From Rebecca billardiae RCC1528 (taxonomy: Eukaryota; Protista; Haptophyta), in the NCBI GenBank assembly GCA_965240325.2, contig OZ251237.1, forward strand, positions 1,240,001 through 1,304,000: DNA of 64,000 nt, read 5' to 3'. Position 1 is the first letter of the stretch. The number at the start of each line of letters is the position of its first letter. Below the pieces are notes generated by a model. The model ran no database searches. It was not told the origin of the DNA and saw nothing but the letters and a program-made list of their open reading frames with translations. A program made the translations under genes and the position numbers. This document shows, in pieces, positions 20,700 to 31,190 of this stretch.

Positions 20700-22325
20700 A
20701 AAGTCTCCGCCAGCGGAGCATCCGGGCAAGGGGCCCAGACCCTCCGCCGGCGGAGATTTTTGTGGCCACGAAAAATCCCCGCTGGCGGAGCATGGAATGC
20801 TCCGCTGGCGGAGCCTGGGCTTGCAGGAATGACACAACAAACGTACTAGTTATGGTATCAGAAGTCTGTCAACCACCGAACAGCAGTCACCTCCGCTGGC
20901 GGAGCTCGCTAATGAGCCATGCCTTTTGTAAACTAATACACTCGGCACTTGAACTGAGCTCCGCTGGCGGAGCTTCGGGGGCGCCGAATGCCATATTCTT
21001 GATGACCCACCTGACTTGAACTGAGCTCCGCTGGCGGAGCGTCGGTGGTCAGCGCCGTGTGTCATATCGGAGAAATAATGCTAAGCCTTTCAACGCATTC
21101 ATACTCTGCTGTGCCACACATTCAACCTCCGCTGGCGGAGCTCACTGGCCTATTCGACTTGAACTGAGCTCCACTGGTGGAGCCTCGGCTGCGCCGAATG
21201 TCCTTAATCGATGACCCACTCTCGACTTGAGCTGAGCTCCCCTGGCGGAGCTTTGGTGGCGCCGCATGTCATATTGGAGTAACGCGGAAGCGTCAACCGT
21301 AGTCATATCTATATTGAGACTCAACCTCCGCTGGCGGAGCTCGCGGACCTACTAGTATTCAACTTTAACTGAGCTCCGCTGGCGGAGCCTCGGCTGTGTC
21401 GAATGTCCTTATCGATGGCCGACGTCTTGACTTGAGCTGAGCTCCGCTGGCGGAGCTTTGGTGGCGCAGCATGCCATTTATGGGAATAATGTGAAGCCGT
21501 TAACCATAATCATATCCATATTGACACTCAACCTCCGCTGGCGGAGCTCACGGACCTATTCGACTTGAGCTGAGCTCCACTGGCGGAGCTTTGGTGGCGC
21601 CGCATATCATATTGGAGTAATGCGAAGCCGTCAACCGTAATCATACGTATCCATATTGATACTCAACCTCCGCTGGCGGAGCTCACTGGCCTATTCGACT
21701 TGAACTGAGCTCCGCTGGCGGAGCCTCGGCTCCGCCGAATGTCCTTATCGATGGCCCACGTCTTGACTTGAGCTGAGCTCCCCTGGCGGAGCTTTGGTGG
21801 CGCCGCATGTCATATTGGAGTAATGCAAAGCCATTAACTACCGTAATCATATCCATATTGACACTCAACCTCCGCTGGCGGAGCTCGCGGGCCTATTCAA
21901 CTTGAACTGAGCTCCGCTGGCGGAGCCTCGGCTGCGCCGAATGTCCTTATCGATGGCCCACTTGACTTGAGCTGAGCTCCGCTGGCGGAGCTTTGGTGGC
22001 GCCGCATGTCATATTGGAGTAATGCAAAGCCGTTAACTACCGTAATCATATCCATATTGACACTCAACCTCCGCTGGCGGAGCTCGCGGGCCTATTCAAC
22101 TTGAACTGAGCTCCGCTGGCGGAGCCTCGGCTGCGCCGAATGTCCTTATCGATGGCCCACGACTTGACTTGAGCTGAGCTCCGCTGGCGGAGCTTTGGTG
22201 GCGCCGAATGTCATATTGGAGTAATGCGAAGTCGTTAACCGTAATACTATCCATATTGACACTCAACCTCCGCTGGCGGAGCTCACGGGCCTATTCAACT
22301 TGAACTGAGCTCCGCTGGCGGAGCC
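20700..22325 (+). repeat. array of about 25 palindromic CTCCGCTGGCGGAG motifs forming a ~199-bp three-motif higher-order repeat
   Basis: Equivalent motifs recur at ~21870, ~22069 and ~22267; three spacer classes cycle in order. Confidence 0.9.
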
Positions 22326-22959
22326 TCTGCTTGTGGTTTGCTGCAATTGGGGCTGGGCAGCCTGGGCTCAGCATGGGGCAGCTGTTCACAGCCCAGGCGG
22401 GGCGTCACCGCCTGTGAGCCGTCGGTGGGCAGGGCCGACGGCGTCGCAGAGCTCATGCGTGGGAGCAGCGCGTCGAGGAAGCGATCAAGGTCGAGAAGGA
22501 AGGGGCAAGCAGCAGGGGCTGCCTGTACGTTTGTACATGCCTCCACACCGGTGCACATCACCCTTGCTCACTGCAGTCGTGAACAGTGCTGCCACTCATC
22601 TCATCATCGCTCACCATGCAGTGACGGCCGAGCTGCGGCGAACTCTCACAGGCACCGAACACGCATCGGCTGTGCCCGCTGGTGCTGGTATGCGCTGTCC
22701 TCTACTTGCTGTCGGACAGCAAGGAGACGGCACAGCCGCATCTGCGAGCGGGCGAGGTGATGCTGTCCAGTGTCCTCTGCTCAGCGAGGCTGAGAGGCTG
22801 AGCACGGATCACGGATAGTGAGCCCTGGTATCTCAACGCATCCAGGAGAGCAGTTGGTGCATGCCTGTGCTCAGACGTGCAGGACCAACCATCCGGTGCT
22901 GATTCAAGCACCCGCGCCAACAGCGGCGGCACTCAACTCCACGCTGCTGATGCGGCCGC

Positions 22960-23850
22960 ACAGCTGCAGGGATGGTACCACGGCGGGCGACGGCGGGCGC
23001 TGCAGCTGGCAGCTCGGTGGTGCCTGCCCGAGGGGCCTGGGCGCCGGGCGCACCGAGCGCGATGACGCCTCTCGCATCGCCTAGCGCGCTGGAGCCGCTG
23101 TCATCCGATGCTGCTGTGCCCGCGCCCAGCTTGGGCTGCAGCAGCTGCGCTCGACTCCGCGCCGAGTGCGGCGGCAGCAGCGGGGATGGTGCCACCGCGG
23201 GCTGCGGCAGGCGCTGCGGCTGGCAGCTCGGTGGTGCGCGCCCGATGGGCCTGGGCGCTGGGCACAGCGAGCGCGGTGACGCTGCTCGCCTCGCCCAGCG
23301 CGCTGGAGCCGCTGCCATCGCGCGCTGCGCTGCCCGCGCCCAGCTTGGGCTGCCGCAGCTGCACTCAACTCCTCGCCGAGTGCGGCGGCAGCAGCAGGGA
23401 TGGTACCACGCGGGCGGCGGCTATCACTTTGGCTGGCAGCTCGGTGGTGCCTGCCCGAGGGGCCTGGGCGGTGGACGCACCGAGCGCGATGACGTTGCTC
23501 GCCTCGCCCAGCGCGCTGGAGCCGCTGCCATCCGGCGCTGCGGTGTCCGCGGCTCCGCGCCCCGCCGGGGCAGCTAGCTGTCACAGCTGGCAGCTGCGCT
23601 CGACTCCGCGCCAGTGGGAGGGATGATGCCTCGGCGGGTGGTGGCGGTCGATGCAGCTGGCAGCTCGGTGGTGCGCGCCCGAGGGGCGTGACCGGCCTAG
23701 GCAGCAGCAGCTGCGCTGGACTCCGCGCCGATTGTGGCTGCAGCAGCAGGGAAGGCGCCACTGGCTGCGGCGGAGGTGGATGCAGCGATCAGCTCGGTTG
23801 TGTGCGCGCGAGGGGCCTGGGCGGCAGACGCGCCCAATGCGGTGACGCCG
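22960..23850 (+). repeat. GC-rich ~213-bp tandem repeat in the inner arm (mirrored at ~24720-25590)
   Basis: GGCAGCTCGGTGGTG recurs at ~23008, 23222, 23434 and 23659, degrading towards the centre. Confidence 0.75.
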
Positions 23851-26228
23851 ATGCACGCGTCCGATATGCTGGCCAGCAGCAGCCGTTGTGACACTTCTTC
23901 CGCCGGCTGACGGCAGCAGGCGGTACCATCGGTCACATTGGTGAATTCGAATCGGGGAGAACCCGGCAGGCCTCAGCCCCGGACACTGCTGCCTGCCAAT
24001 GACCTGTGAGGGCCGCAGGCCTTCCGGGGCACGGGGGCCGCTGCGGTCAGCTCTTTGAGCTAGCCCGGCGCCGGGCGCGCGAACAAGTACGGCCCGGCGT
24101 CGGTGAGGCCGAGCAAGGCGCGCCGAAGTGCCGCGGCCCAGATCTCAGCGCACGCATCATCAGTACTACGACATCACTGCGCCGCGGATATGCATCAGAT
24201 AGCGCGACTGATGATGATGATGCGCCGCGCGCTCCCCGCTGACCGGAGCCCGACTACGAGTAGCAGGCGCGCATGATCTGAGCTGAGTACGTAAGTAGCC
24301 CGTGTCATCCAGTGGCGGTGTCACACTTATGTGACTCAGGAGTCGGAGGAGTCGTTATCGTCATATCGTCATCATCATCATGAAGACGCGCAATAAAACG
24401 GTCATCAGGCGGACCTGCGCTACCATACGCCGTCAATGTAATGCTGAGGGCGAGGCCGGCAGCGTAGTCGTAACCTACTACTACTACGTACAGAAAAAAG
24501 TATAGCGCCATCATAAGAAGAGTAGCTGCGTGTGACTCGTCACCGCGTTCTCAAAACTCCTGCGCTGCTGATCGGGACTCGGACGTACGCCGTCTTAAGC
24601 CTATATACCGGCGTGCGGTCGCAAGTCAATTCACGCGGCCCCTGCGACTCAGCGGCTCACTCACCTGGCTCATACGCAGCAACCGAGCAGTCACGGAGAT
24701 CTGAGCAGCAGCTGTTAATTACCAGCCTGCTGCTGCTGCTGCCTGCGGCCGCACGCGGCGTGGAGTCGAGCGCACAGTCCGCAGCTGCCCGAACGGTTCA
24801 GCAGCATCAAATGGCAGCGGCTCGAGCGTGATAGGGGAAGCGAGGGGCGTCAGCTCGCTCGGCGCGTCCGTCGCCCAGGCCCCTTGGGCAGGCACCGTCG
24901 AGCTACCAGCTGCAGCGACTGCCGCCGCTCGCCGTGGTACAATCCCTGCTGCTGCCGCCGCACGGGTGCGGAGTCGAGCGCACCTCGTGCTGCTCCGGCT
25001 GGGCGCGGACACCGCAGCGCCGGATGGCAAACGGCTCCAGCGCGCTGGGCGAGGCGAGCAACGTCATCGCGCTCGGTGCGTCCACCGCCCAGGCCCCTCG
25101 GGCAGGCACCACCGAGCTGCCAGCCAAAGTGATAGCCGCCGCCCGACGTGGCAACATCCCTGCTGCCGCCGCACTCGGCGCGGAGTCGAGCGCAGCTGCG
25201 GCAGCCCACGCTCGACGCGGGCACAGCAGCGCCCGGTGGCAGCGGCTCCAGCGCGCTGGGCGAGGCGAGCAACGTCACCGCGCTCGCTGCGCCCAGCGCC
25301 CAGGCCCCTCGGGCGCGCACCACCGAGCTGCCAGCTGCAGCGCCTGCCGCAGCCCGCGGTGGCACCATCCCCGCTGCTGCCGCCGCACTCGGCGCGGAGT
25401 CGAGCGCAGCTGCTGCAGCCCAAGCTGGGCGCGGGCACAGCAGCGTCGGATGACAGCGGCTCCAGCGCGCTGGGCGATGCGAGAGGCGTCATCGCGCTCG
25501 GTGCGCCCGGCGCCCAGGCCCATCGGGCAGGCACCACCGAGCTGCCAGCTGCAGCGCCCGCCGTCGCCCGCCGTGGTACCATCCCTGCAGCTGTGCGGCC
25601 GCATCAGCAGCGTGGAGTTGAGTGCCGCCGCTGTTGGCGCGGGTGCTTGAATCAGCACCGGATGGTTGGTCCTGCACGTCTGAGCACAGGCATGCACCAA
25701 CTGCTCTCCTGGATGCGTTGAGATACCAGGGCTCACTATCCGTGATCCGTGCTCAGCCTCTCAGCCTCGCTGAGCAGAGGACACTGGACAGCATCACCTC
25801 GCCCGCTCGCAGATGCGGCTGTGCCGTCTCCTTGCTGTCCGACAGCAAGTAGAGGACAGCGCATGCCAGCACCAGCGGGCACAGCCGATGCGTGTTCGGT
25901 GCCTGTGAGAGTTCGCCGCAGCTCGGCCGTCACTGCATGGTGAGCGATGATGAGATGAGTGGCAGCACTGTTCACGACTGCAGTGAGCAAGGGTGATGTG
26001 CACCGGTGTGGAGGCATGTACAAACGTACAGGCAGCCCCTGCTGCTTGCCCCTTCCTTCTCGACCTTGATCGCTTCCTCGACGCGCTGCTCCCACGCATG
26101 AGCTCTGCGACGCCGTCGGCCCTGCCCACCGACGGCTCACAGGCGGTGACGCCCCGCCTGGGCTGTGAACAGCTGCCCCATGCTGAGCCCAGGCTGCCCA
26201 GCCCCAATTGCAGCAAACCACAAGCAGA

Positions 26229-27655
26229 GGCTCCGCCAGCGGAGCTCAGTTCAAGTTGAATACGTCCGTGAGCTCCGCCAGCGGAGGTTGAGTGTCAATA
26301 TGGATAGTATTACGGTTAACGACTTCGCATTACTCCAATATGACATTCGGCGCCACCAAAGCTCCGCCAGCGGAGCTCAGCTCAAGTCAAGTCGTGGGCC
26401 AGATGTCGATAAGGACATTCGGCGCAGCCGAGGCTCCGCCAGCGGAGCTCAGTTCAAGTTGAATAGGCCCGCGAGCTCCGCCAGCGGAGGTTGAGTGTCA
26501 ATATGGATATGATTACGGTAGTTAACGGCTTTGCATTACTCCAATATGACATGCGGCGCCACCAAAGCTCCGCCAGCGGAGCTCAGCTCAAGTCAAGACG
26601 TGGGCCATCGATAAGGACATTCGGCGCAGCCGAGGCTCCGCCAGCGGAGCTCAGTTCAAGTCGAATAGGTCCGTGAGCTCCGCCAGCGGAGGTTGAGTAT
26701 CAATATGGATATATGATTACGGTTGACGGCTTCGCATTACTCCAATATGATATGCGGCGCCACCAAAGCTCCGCCAGCGGAGCTCAGCTCAAGTCGAATA
26801 GGTCCGTGAGCTCCGCCAGCGGAGGTTGAGTGTCAATATGGATATGATTATGGTTAACGGCTTCACATTATTCCCATAAATGGCATGCTGCGCCACCAAA
26901 GCTCCGCCAGCGGAGCTCAGCTCAAGTCAAGACGTCGGCCATCGATAAGGACATTCGACACAGCCGAGGCTCCGCCAGCGGAGCTCAGTTAAAGTTGAAT
27001 ACTAGTAGGTCCGCGAGCTCCGCCAGCGGAGGTTGAGTCTCAATATAGATATGACTACGGTTGACGCTTCCGCGTTACTCCAATATGGCATGCGGCGCCA
27101 CCAAAGCTCCGCCAGGGGAGCTCAGCTCAAGTCGAGAGTGGGTCATCGATTAAGGACATTAGGACATTCGGCGCAGCCGAGGCTCCACCAGTGGAGCTCA
27201 GTTCAAGTCGAATAGGCCAGTGAGCTCCGCCAGCGGAGGTTGAATGTGTGGCACAGCGCAGAGTATGAATGCGTTGAAAGGCTTAGCATTATTTCTCCAA
27301 TATGACACACGGCGCTGACCACCGACGCGCCGCCAGCGGAGCTCAGTTCAAGTCAGGTGGGTCATCAAGAATGGCATTCGGCGCCCCCGAAGCTCCGCCA
27401 GCGGAGCTCAGTTCAAGTGCCGAGTGTATTAGTTTACAAAGGCATGGCTCATTAGCGAGCTCCACCAGCGGAGGTGACTGCTGTTCGGTGGTTGACAGAC
27501 TTCTGGTATAACTAGTTTGTTGTGTCAATCCTGCAAGCCCAGGCTCCGCCAGCGGAGCATTCCATGCTCCGCCAGCGGGGATTTTTCGTGGCCACAAAAA
27601 TCTCCGCCGGCGGAGGGTCTGGGTCTTGCCCGATGCTCCGCTGGCGGGGATTTTT
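26229..27655 (-). repeat. mirror copy of the palindrome array, ~200 bp (one unit) shorter than the left array
   Basis: CTCCGCCAGCGGAG motifs; mirror-coordinate sum is 48354 at the termini and 48554 inside the arrays. Confidence 0.85.
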
Positions 27656-27708
27656 TGTAGTGACTGCCCTGGTTCAGCAGTCTCAGCGAGCCAGCGTGCC
27701 GTCGCGCA

Positions 27709-28446
27709 TCATGAAGCGCCGCCCTCGTCAATAAGCAGCTCGTCATTCTGCTCATCCAGCGGCTCATCGCCGAGCCTCCTGTTGCCGATCGTGCTGCTGG
27801 GACGTAGCAGGCGCCAGTGGCGCACAGCGAGAGCTGCGCACAGCACTGACCCTGCCAGTGCGCATGCCAGGCCCAGCCCCAGGAAGGCCCTGGTGAGCCT
27901 TTGTTGGTCTTGTGGGCTGCTGCCGGTGCCGGCCGGTGGGAGCGCGCTGATGGGGACGGGCGAGGGCGGATGCGGCGGGGCTGGCGGAGGCGGTGGAGGG
28001 CACGGCGGCAATTGCCTGGGAAGAAGTGCAGTCGGCAGCTGGCTTGTAGGCCGAGTGCACAGCTCGGGATTGCTACCGACACGCATGCGCTTCAGAGCCT
28101 GCAAGCCTGCAATCTCTGTTGGAATGGTCCCCACCAGCGCGTTCGCGTACAGGTACAAGAACGTGACCTGCGTCAGCCGCCCGAGCTCGGTCGGGATGCT
28201 TCCGTGGACCCCAGTACTGTGCAGATCGAGCTCAGTCACACCTCTCACTGCTCCGATTTCCGTGGGAATCGTTGACTGCAGTGACACGCCGGCGAGATCG
28301 ACTCGTCGGCACATCTTGCGCGAGCACGTACGCAGGGCGCTCTCAAGCGTGCGGTGGCGCGCCACATGCGCGCCCCCTTGCGACGCCGCATGCCCAATCC
28401 ACAGGAGCAACGGCAGCACGATGCGGCGAGCGGCCCTCGACTCCAT
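27709..28446 (-). CDS. small LRR single-pass membrane protein
   Basis: Signal-like N-terminus; plant-type LRRs (GSIPTELGRLTQVTFLYLYANALVGTIPTEI); Pro-rich stalk, TM helix and short acidic tail. Confidence 0.75.
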   Translation of the reverse strand: MESRAARRIVLPLLLWIGHAASQGGAHVARHRTLESALRTCSRKMCRRVDLAGVSLQSTIPTEIGAVRGVTELDLHSTGVHGSIPTELGRLTQVTFLYLYANALVGTIPTEIAGLQALKRMRVGSNPELCTRPTSQLPTALLPRQLPPCPPPPPPAPPHPPSPVPISALPPAGTGSSPQDQQRLTRAFLGLGLACALAGSVLCAALAVRHWRLLRPSSTIGNRRLGDEPLDEQNDELLIDEGGAS

Positions 28447-28698
28447 CGTGCTGAAGAAAGCCTGCCGCCGGCCGCCGGGCCGGCTAGACAGACTATTTTA
28501 AAAAAAAATAGCGGGCGCGCTGCAAATGCCACCCGCGCGCCCGGACGGCGACGCGGGGCATGACGGGCCCCAGGCATCGGCAGCGCGTCGGCGTCGTCAC
28601 CGTGAGCAAAAATCACGCAGACGGCTCATGGTCAGAGTCATCGATCGTCAGAGTCAGCCGCCAATAAGTCCGTGCGAATTCATAGTCCCATCACGGCA

Positions 28699-31061
28699 TT
28701 AACTTGTCGCGATCTTGCGCAGCTTGTCGGGGTGCTCGTGATGCCCTTCGCGCAGGATCGGCGCACACGCCGCCTTCAGCCACGCGCGCGTCTCCGGGTG
28801 CGCCTGCAGCCTCGGCCCGATCTCGCGCTCGACCTCGGCGTGGTAGTTGTTCACCCACTTGAGCTCCTCGTCGCTCAGGAGCTCGACGACGATGAGCTCG
28901 CGCTGGAAGGGCACCAACGTGACGCGTTGGAAGCAGAGGTACGCCTGCTCGCCGAAGGCGTGCTCCGTCTTCGCCTTCTGCACGACCATCACGTTCTCTA
29001 GCCGGATGCCGAACGCGCCGGCCTCGTAGTACCCTGCCGATGGATCGTCGGCGGAGCGGCCGAGCGTCAGCCGGCACACAGCGGCCGGGGCGCGGGCAGG
29101 CGCAGCGCGTGGGGCGGGCAGGGGCGCGGCTGTGAGCGGCCCGGGCCCACTGGCCCGGCGGGCGCGCGCGGCACGGCGAGCGACGGCACGCGCCGGCGGG
29201 CGGCGCTGCTCGGCCTCGCGCTCGCAAGCGCGCCGTCGGCACGGCAGGGCAGACAGGCACTCGCACGGCGCGCCCGCAGCGCGCGCGGCGGCGCGCGGCG
29301 CGGCGCCGCGCGCGCGCACACACCCGGCTCGTTGGAGAGCGTCATCCCGATCTCGAAGGCGTGGTCGTTCGCGCTGATCCGCGTGCGCGAGAGCGCCTGC
29401 GGCCCCTCGTGCACGTTCAGGTAGTGCCCCACGCCGTGCCCCGTCCCGTGCCGGTAGTCCAGCCCCGCGCGCCACAGCGGCGCGCGCGCGAGCGAGTCGA
29501 GCTGGTAGCCAGTCACGCCCTCGGGGAAGACAGCCGTGTCCACGGCGATGTGTGCCTGGAGCACGCGCGTGAAGCAGCGGCGCTCGTGCTCCGTCGCGGC
29601 GAGCGGGTTGAGGTGCACCGTCCGCGTCACGTCCGTCGTCCCGCCGCACGCGTACTGCCCGCCCGAGTCGCACAGGAAGAGCGCCGAGTCGCCGAGCCGC
29701 GCGCACGAGCCCACCTCTGGCTTGTAGTGGATGATGGCGCCGTTGCCGGCGTACGCGGCGATCGTCTCGAAGGACGGGCCGATGTAGTCCTCCTCGAGCT
29801 TGCGGAAGCTCTCGAGCGCGTCGGCCGCGCCCGCCTCGTCGAAGTACTCCACCGCCTTCGAGCCGAACTGCGCGCACAGCGCCGAGCCGCCCTTGGTCGC
29901 GTCGAGCCAGTGCAGGAAGCGGCAGAGCGCGCGCCCATCTCTGCGGTGCGCCTCGACGATGCCGGCGATCTCGCGGAAGTTCTTGCGCGCCTTGAGCAGG
30001 GTGATGGGCGAGGGCGGCGTGAGCTTGTGCGACGCGGGGACGAGCGTGTGCAGCGCCTCCGAGCTCGACGGCGGCACCGCCAGCTTCCGCCCCACCGCCA
30101 CCTCCGCCTTGAGGCTGAGCGGCAGGCTGGCATACGGCTTGAGCTCGACGCGCGCGCGCGCGCCCGCCGATGCGCGCACGGCCAGCAGCACGGGCGGGTC
30201 GACCTTGGCCTCGTCGATGTACCAGCAGACGCGCACGTCGGCGGGCTCCTGCATCAGCGTGTCGTCCGCCTCCTCGTCCTCCTTGTCCGACCGCGCGCGC
30301 CGCAGCGGCGTGCTATTGAGCGAGATGTGGTGCGCCACGTGCACGGTCGCGTACGCGTACGCCACGGGGCAGAACGGGATGTCCGCGCCGCGCACGTTGA
30401 GCAGCCAGGCGACCTCGTCGAGCGCGCTCACGACGAGGGTGTCCGCGCCCGCGGCCGTGATCGCGCGCGCCACGGCGTGCAGCTTGTCCGCCACCGACTT
30501 GCCCGCCACCTCGTCGCTCAGTGAGCGCACCTTGGCGCCGCTCGGCCTCGGCCGCGCGTCGCCCCAGATGACGTCGATCGGGTTGATCGGCGTGACGGGG
30601 CGGAGCGTCTTGGCGGCGGCCTCGAGGCTAGCGCGCAGCTGCATCACCTCGCTCGACGAGACGACGAACGGGTCGAAGCCGACCACCGCGCCCTCCGGCA
30701 GGTTGTCGGCGAGCCACTTCCCGATGGGGATTGTTTCTGGCAGCCGGTCCTTCATCAGGCTCCAGCCGTCGAAGAGCTCCTGCTGGGCCTGCAGGAAGTA
30801 GCGACCGTCCGTCCAGAGGAGCGCCGTGTGCGCTGTCACCACCGCCGTCCCCGAGCTGCCGCAGAAGCCCGAGATGAACGCGCGGCGCTCGAAATGTGCG
30901 CCCACGTACTCGGAGCCGTGCGGATCGTCCGTCGGCACGAGGAAGGCCGCGAGGCCGAGGCGGTCGAGCTCGGCGCGCAACGCGGCGAGACGCGCGGAGC
31001 CGGCGAGGTGGCGGTCGAGCTCGGCGCGCGGGCGCTTGCGTGCGGGCGGGGGCGGGGCCAT
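28699..31061 (-). CDS. Xaa-Pro aminopeptidase (aminopeptidase P, M24B); intron 29034-29323
   Basis: DPHGSEY, LWTDGRYFLQA, DSGGQY..GTTDVTRT, HGTGHGVGHYLNVHEGP, spliced SNEPGYYE, FGIRLEN. Confidence 0.92.
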
Positions 31062-31190
31062 CGCGTGTGGGGGGGTCCTCACCGAGCGGGAGAGGCACCG
31101 CGCGCGGGCGAGCGTCGCACCGTAGCCGTGGTCTCGGAACGATGCTTGATCAAAGGGCGGATGCAGGATTGCAGGCTTTGCCCGATTTGG

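Larger units (their letters stand above)
20692..27662. mobile_element. CACTA-ended foldback element (~7 kb) with ~2.7-2.9-kb inverted arms; non-autonomous
   Basis: Starts CACTACAAAAA and ends TTTTTGTAGTG. Arms 20692-~23545 and ~25010-27662 are mirror images (identical ORF-track peptides on opposite strands). Flanks AGT/ACT are not a perfect 3-bp TSD. Confidence 0.8.

Noticed and set aside
20700-22325. CRISPR array
   Set aside because: Spacers repeat cyclically and vary in length, there are no cas genes, the context is eukaryotic, and the array is mirrored as part of TE arms.
22295-26260. ORFs in the foldback arms as genes
   Set aside because: Ala/Arg-rich translations of repeats, with frame changes between units and no recognisable domain.
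16735-27662. Link between the CenH3 gene and the nearby satellite as a centromere
   Set aside because: Gene location says nothing about where the protein binds, and the array is short and TE-internal.
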